DNA from: Mobula hypostoma
Taxonomy: Eukaryota
Length of the DNA stretch: 64,000 nucleotides
Assembly (NCBI RefSeq): GCF_963921235.1
Contig: NC_086097.1
Coordinates: 226,116,001 to 226,180,000 of the forward strand
Direction: 5' to 3'
The notes under the pieces were generated by a model, which was not told the DNA's origin, did no database searches, and worked only from the letters and a program-made list of their open reading frames with translations. Below, in pieces: positions 62,705-64,000 of the stretch. The position numbers and the translations under genes are program-made. Position 1 is the stretch's first letter. Each line of letters starts with the position of its first letter.

Positions 62705-64000
62705 ATCAGAATCAGAATCAGGTTCAATCTCACCGGCAAGTAAGATTTGTTAACTGAGCAGCAGCAGTTCAATGCTATGCAAAATATAGAAGAAAAAATA
62801 ATAATACTAAATAAGTAAATCATTTACACTATATGTATATTGGATAGCTGAGAATCGTGCAAAAAAATTGAAATAATATATATTTTTAAAAGTGAGGTAG
62901 TGTTCAAAGGTTCAATATCCATTTAGAAATCGGATGACAGAGGGGAAGAAGCTGTTCCTGAATTGCTGAGTGTGTGCCTGCAGGCTTCTGTACCTCCTAC
63001 CTGATGGTAACAGTGAGAAAAGGGCATGCCCTGGGTGCTAAAGGACCTTAATAATGGACGCTGCCATTCCGAGACACCGCTCCTTGAAGATGTCCTGGGT
63101 ACTTTGTAGGCTAGTACCCAAGATGGAGCTGACTAAAATTATAACCCTCTGCAGCTTCTTTTGGTCCTGTGCAGTAGCCACACCTCACCACCCCCCCACC
63201 CAATACCAGACGGTGATGCAGCCTGTCAGGATGCTCTCCAAGGTACAACTATAGAAGTTTTTGAGTGTATTTGGTGACATGCCAAATCTCTTCAAATTCC
63301 TAGTGAAATATAGTCTCAGCCTTGAACTCTTTATAACTGCATCAATACGTTGGAACTAGGTTAGGTCTTCAGAGATCTTGACACCCAGGAACCTGAAATT
63401 GTTCACTCTCTCCACTTCTGATCCCTCTATGAGGATTGGTATGTGTTCCTTCGTTTTACCCTTCCTGAAGCCCACAGTCAGCTCTTTTGTCTTACTGACA
63501 TTGAGTGCCAGGTTGTTGCCGTGGCACCACTCCACTAGTTGGCATATCTCACTCCTGTACGCCCTCTCATCACCATCTGAGATTCTAGCAACAGTGGTTG
63601 TATCATCAGCAAATTTATAGATGGCATTTGAGCTATACCTATCCACTCAGTCACGTGTATATAGAGAGTAGAGCAGTGGGCTAAGCACACACCCCTGAGG
63701 TGCACCAGTGTTGAGCGTCAGCGAGGAGGAGATGTTATCACCAATCCACACAGGTTGCGGTCTTCCAGTTAAGAAGTTGAAGATCCAATTGCAGAGGGAA
63801 GTACAGAGGCCCAGGATTGTAACTTCTCACAGTATGAGCTACAGTCAATGAACAGCGTCCTGACATAGGTGTTTGTGTTGCCCAGGTGGTCTAAAGCTAT
63901 GTGAAGAGCCATTGAGATTGCATCTGTCATTGAACTATTGTGGCAATAGGCAAATTGCAATGGGTCCAGGTCTTTGCTGAGGCAGGAGTTCAGTCTAGTC
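62705..64000 (-). mobile_element. Rex1/Babar LINE 3' half (runs off the window)
   Basis: [68 protein letters not shown] tail. Confidence 0.93.

Overview
Repeat-dense vertebrate non-coding DNA (intergenic or deep intronic). The repeat repertoire suggests a cartilaginous fish, probably a ray (inference only). No host protein-coding gene, rRNA or tRNA gene could be recognised. Every recognisable ORF is a decayed transposon protein: CR1 LINEs (one near-complete ORF2 at ~35.0-38.2 kb), Rex1/Babar LINEs, a Dong/R4-type restriction-like-endonuclease element, RTE remnants, Penelope-like elements (RT + GIY-YIG), and Tc1/mariner derivatives, often nested several deep. The most interesting signal is RNA-level: about a dozen Penelope terminal-repeat (pLTR) pieces carry a minimal type I hammerhead ribozyme motif, one with a fully intact core (47604-47641, minus). 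Several pieces are short, protein-free, fold-back insertions with their own target-site duplications. Also notable are a four-TIR double-palindromic mariner MITE, a structured RTE 5' leader, and a diverged, indel-free duplication at 53.4/54.0 kb that keeps an open frame behind splice-acceptor-like sites. Family assignments come from motif recognition by eye, and element boundaries are approximate.
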